DNA of 64,000 nucleotides from Octopus vulgaris (taxonomy: Eukaryota), in assembly GCA_951406725.2 (NCBI GenBank), contig OX597821.1:24056001-24120000 (forward strand). The letters run 5' to 3'. Positions 60,722 through 64,000 of this stretch are shown in pieces; within the stretch, counting starts at the first letter, position 1; each line of letters begins with the position of its first letter. The position numbers and the translations under genes are program-made. The notes below the pieces were generated by a model. It saw nothing but the letters and a program-made list of their open reading frames with translations. It was not told the origin of the DNA and searched no databases.

Positions 60722-62619
60722 GATTAAACCTTATTTTTCTCCCTGTGCTATGCTGTTTATGTACACTGACATTATGCATCTAGTGAAGCAAGCTCACTTT
60801 ATTTCTTTCCCAGCATTTGCATTCAGTGTCCATGTCTCTTAACCATGCAGTATGGCATTTTGTACACAAGTATCATACAAGCTTCCATTCAATTACTGTG
60901 AGAGAATCAATTTGTTGTCAGTATAGGCAATAGTTGCCTGAACTTTTTCCACTTCATCTTTATTCTTTTATCTTTTACCTTTTATTTTCTACTTGTTTTA
61001 GATGGTAGTCATGCTAGGGCACTACCCTGAAGGGGTACCAGAGGGCGCACACTATCCTACCCTGATGTGTCTCGACCACGCAAGCATGGAGGACATTAAA
61101 ATGTTTATTCACACTAGCATTGTTTGGAATGGATCTGACATCTTCTTGTCACCAGTTGTGGCCTTCATCATCTGATACAGAGTATAGCAGAGATAAACTG
61201 CTTAATGTTTGTATATGTCATGTTTCCTGTATAGCAGGATGCTCTGCCTTTCACCAGTCACTTAGCAGCTATAGTCTGGGTAGATTTCACCATGTCACCA
61301 ACATTAAAGAGGTTGTTGGCACATCCAAACTCAAGCGTCCGCTTTCTTCTGTATCAATTTTTATTCAAAGTTACGGGCCTATCAGTTTGGGTGTAGGGCT
61401 CATGATCATAAGATTGTGAACTTGATTCCTGAACTTATTGCCAGGTTGTGTTTCTCAGCAAGGCACTTCATTCCACATTGCTCCAGTCTGATAAGCTGTA
61501 AATAAGTACCAGCCTAGTGCTATGGCTGCAGTCTCTCTTTTCAGTTGTGACATCCTTGATGTTTCACTGAATCAAGGAAGGAAAGGCCATGAGAATCTCT
61601 AGGTCTATTCACAATGAGAGACACATAAAATAATCATCAAATCATATTCACTTGCAAGTGATGGTCATATTTATATTGCTCTCTTTGATGGGTTTCCTGC
61701 ACAGTGGCTGGCAGAAACAATGTCACTTCTGTGTACTTCTGATGATAAAATGCATGTGAGTAATAATGTGGTACATATCCCTATTCTCACCTTGTATCTT
61801 GAGAGTTTGCACTGGCACTCCATTACAACTATTTTTTATCTACTTCCCAGCTACTCATATCCACCCCTATATATGTGGTATCCAAGAATCCCCTCTATAG
61901 CCAGACACCCGTGCTTGTCCCTCTATCACACTCTAGCCTTTCAACACTTGGCATAAAATCACTTCCTTGCATCAAGTGCTTTCCACCACCCCACCCCCAC
62001 CCCACACACTTTGTAGCAAGAGCTTTTTTCCTTTTCTGTGTCTTTATCTCGCAAGTTACCTGACAACCATGCTAGTACCAGTGGCATGAAAACAGCACTG
62101 AATAAATACTGTAAAGTGATTGGTGTTGGGGAGGATATTCAGCTGCAGTAACCATGCCAAATCTAACACTGGAGTTCAGCACGTCCATGTGGCTTGCTGG
62201 ATCCTGTCAGTCTACCCAACCAATGTCAGGAGAGAAAACGGACATTAAATGATAATAATACATAGAAAACAGTGAACTGGGATGCTAAATGATGTTTGAA
62301 CATGCTAAACGTGTTGACAATGAACACACCCACCATTAAGATAATTAAACAATAAAGCATAAATTACAACAAAACAAATGATAGTGGATTTATGATTTTT
62401 TTTCCTTTATTGTTAAGCAGCAAACACTTGTTAGACCTAAGCATCTACGATTGATTTATGTATGATTGGTCATATAAATAATGAAGGATTTTTAACATAA
62501 AATACAAAGTACAAAAGATTGCAGTATCTTTAAGACCACTTCAAGCACAACAGGATCCACATCATGAAATGTAAATTATTATTCCTTTTTGAGGATTAAT
62601 AAAATAAATAATAGTTGGG

Positions 62620-63300
62620 CACTGGGCTTAATGAAATTGACTATCCTCTTTCCACAGAATTTCAGGCCTTGTGCCTTTACTAGAAAGGATTAATGTTATT
62701 AAGGAGACAAACTGGCAGAATCATTAGTGTCCAAAAAAATGCTTTATGGTATTTGTGCCAACTCTTTACATGCTGAGGTCAACTTTATCACGTACCCTTC
62801 TGTGGTCAATGAATATAGCACAACAGTTGAGGTAATTGACTAGGCTCTACTTCCTCTCCCAAATTTCAGGCCTTATGCATATATTAGAAATAATTACTAT
62901 TATTATTGAAGTAGCAAACTGGCAGAATCATGGGAGTATCAGGAAAAAAAAAATTACACTGTTTGTTCTGACTCTTCATTCTAAATTCAAATCCTGCAGG
63001 GGTCAACTTTGCTGTTTATCCCACTAGGGTCGAAGTACCAGTGAAGCATTGGGACTGATGTAATTGATTATCCCAAACCCTAAAACTGCTGGTTTTGTTC
63101 CAAAAATTTGAAACATTATCATTATTAAGGTAATGAGCTGAAAGAGTCATTAGCATGCCAGACAAAATTTTCAGTGGCATTTCGCCTATCTTTATGTTCT
63201 GGGATCAACTTTGTCTTTCATCCTTTTGGAGTTGATAAAATAAGTACCAGTTGACTACTGGGGTCAATTTAATTGACTTAGCTCATTCCCCAAAATTTGA
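62620..63300 (+). repeat. Tandem degenerate SINE B-related copies
   Basis: Repeated ctggcagaatc, gtcaactttg, aagtaccag, tttcaggcctt motifs; similar array at 58340-58770. Confidence 0.65.
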
Positions 63301-63709
63301 AATCATCATCATCATTATTCTTATACTATATATTTTTTTTATTTATCTAGTTTCAGTTCACAAGCTGTGGCCATGCTGGGGCACCACCATTTAAATGTAG
63401 AAATGAAATAATTGGGGTGGATAATATGCTGGATTGCTAACCGATAATTTGTGAGTTCAAATCTGCTGTTGATGTTTTAGTGAGTTATTTGAGAGAGCAT
63501 TTCAATCTATTGTGCCTCAGTTTACCTGGTCATCAAAAGTACACATCTTCCTGTTTTGGACATAGGTCAGTTCGGTACACCCCCTAGTAATCATGTAAAT
63601 AGAAGGCAAGGACAGAAGAATGTTAATCAAAAAATATTATTTAAACCCTTGAAACTAAATATACTTTAAATATTTAAAATTTATTGACATGTAATATAAG
63701 CTCAAATAT

Positions 63710-63870
63710 GACCGTGTGGTTAGGAATTGTGCTTCCTAAACATGATTTTGGGTTCAGTCTCACTGCATAGCACCTTGAACAAGTGTGTTCTACTAAAGCA
63801 GCAAGTTGACTGAAGGCTTGTGAGTGGTTTTGGAAGCTGGAAACTGAAAGAAGCCTATTGTGTATGTGCA
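63710..63870 (+). mobile_element. Old SINE family A-related head
   Basis: gggttcagtctcactgca..gaaactgaaagaagcc. Confidence 0.7.
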
Positions 63871-64000
63871 TACACTTGTGTGTATATTTTCCCTCCTCTC
63901 AGTTAGGAGGCACAAGCACTTACATACACATGTACATACATGATGGGAACTTCCACCTATGAAATTCAATTACAAGGCTTCAGTCAGCCCGAGGCTGTAG

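Noticed and set aside
61120-61419. 99-aa ORF as a host gene
   Set aside because: No motif; more likely decayed LINE sequence.

Overview
Repeat-dense eukaryotic genomic DNA with no recognisable host protein-coding gene. The SINE families, microsatellite density and LINE repertoire look cephalopod (octopus-like); this is an inference. Most ORFs in the track are microsatellite or SINE artefacts. Real coding remnants: a DD37D/maT-like Tc1-mariner fragment, three mariner elements, an open 5'-truncated CR1-group ORF2 (APE+RT), a young non-autonomous Gypsy-type LTR element with a chimeric 639-aa ORF, a deleted Gypsy pol element, a Helitron Rep-helicase fragment, and RTE, R4/Dong-like and Tx1/L1 LINE fragments. 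Two systems stand out. (1) Several distinct short non-coding elements sit in (TA)n microsatellites and carry type I hammerhead ribozyme motifs. Three have intact cores (1392-1436 +, 1898-1970 -, 39512-39641 -). One lies inside ~150-bp inverted repeats, two have ~92-nt loop II inserts, and one has its core masked by a 71-bp G-U-rich hairpin. They resemble Penelope-like solo pLTRs or retrozymes. (2) Two full-length, TSD-bounded ORF1-only (HAL1-like) retroelements. The first has a 3' tail resembling that of a Tx1-type LINE and a SINE; the second sits at the same target position as a copy of that SINE. All structures were read by eye; none was computed or tested.
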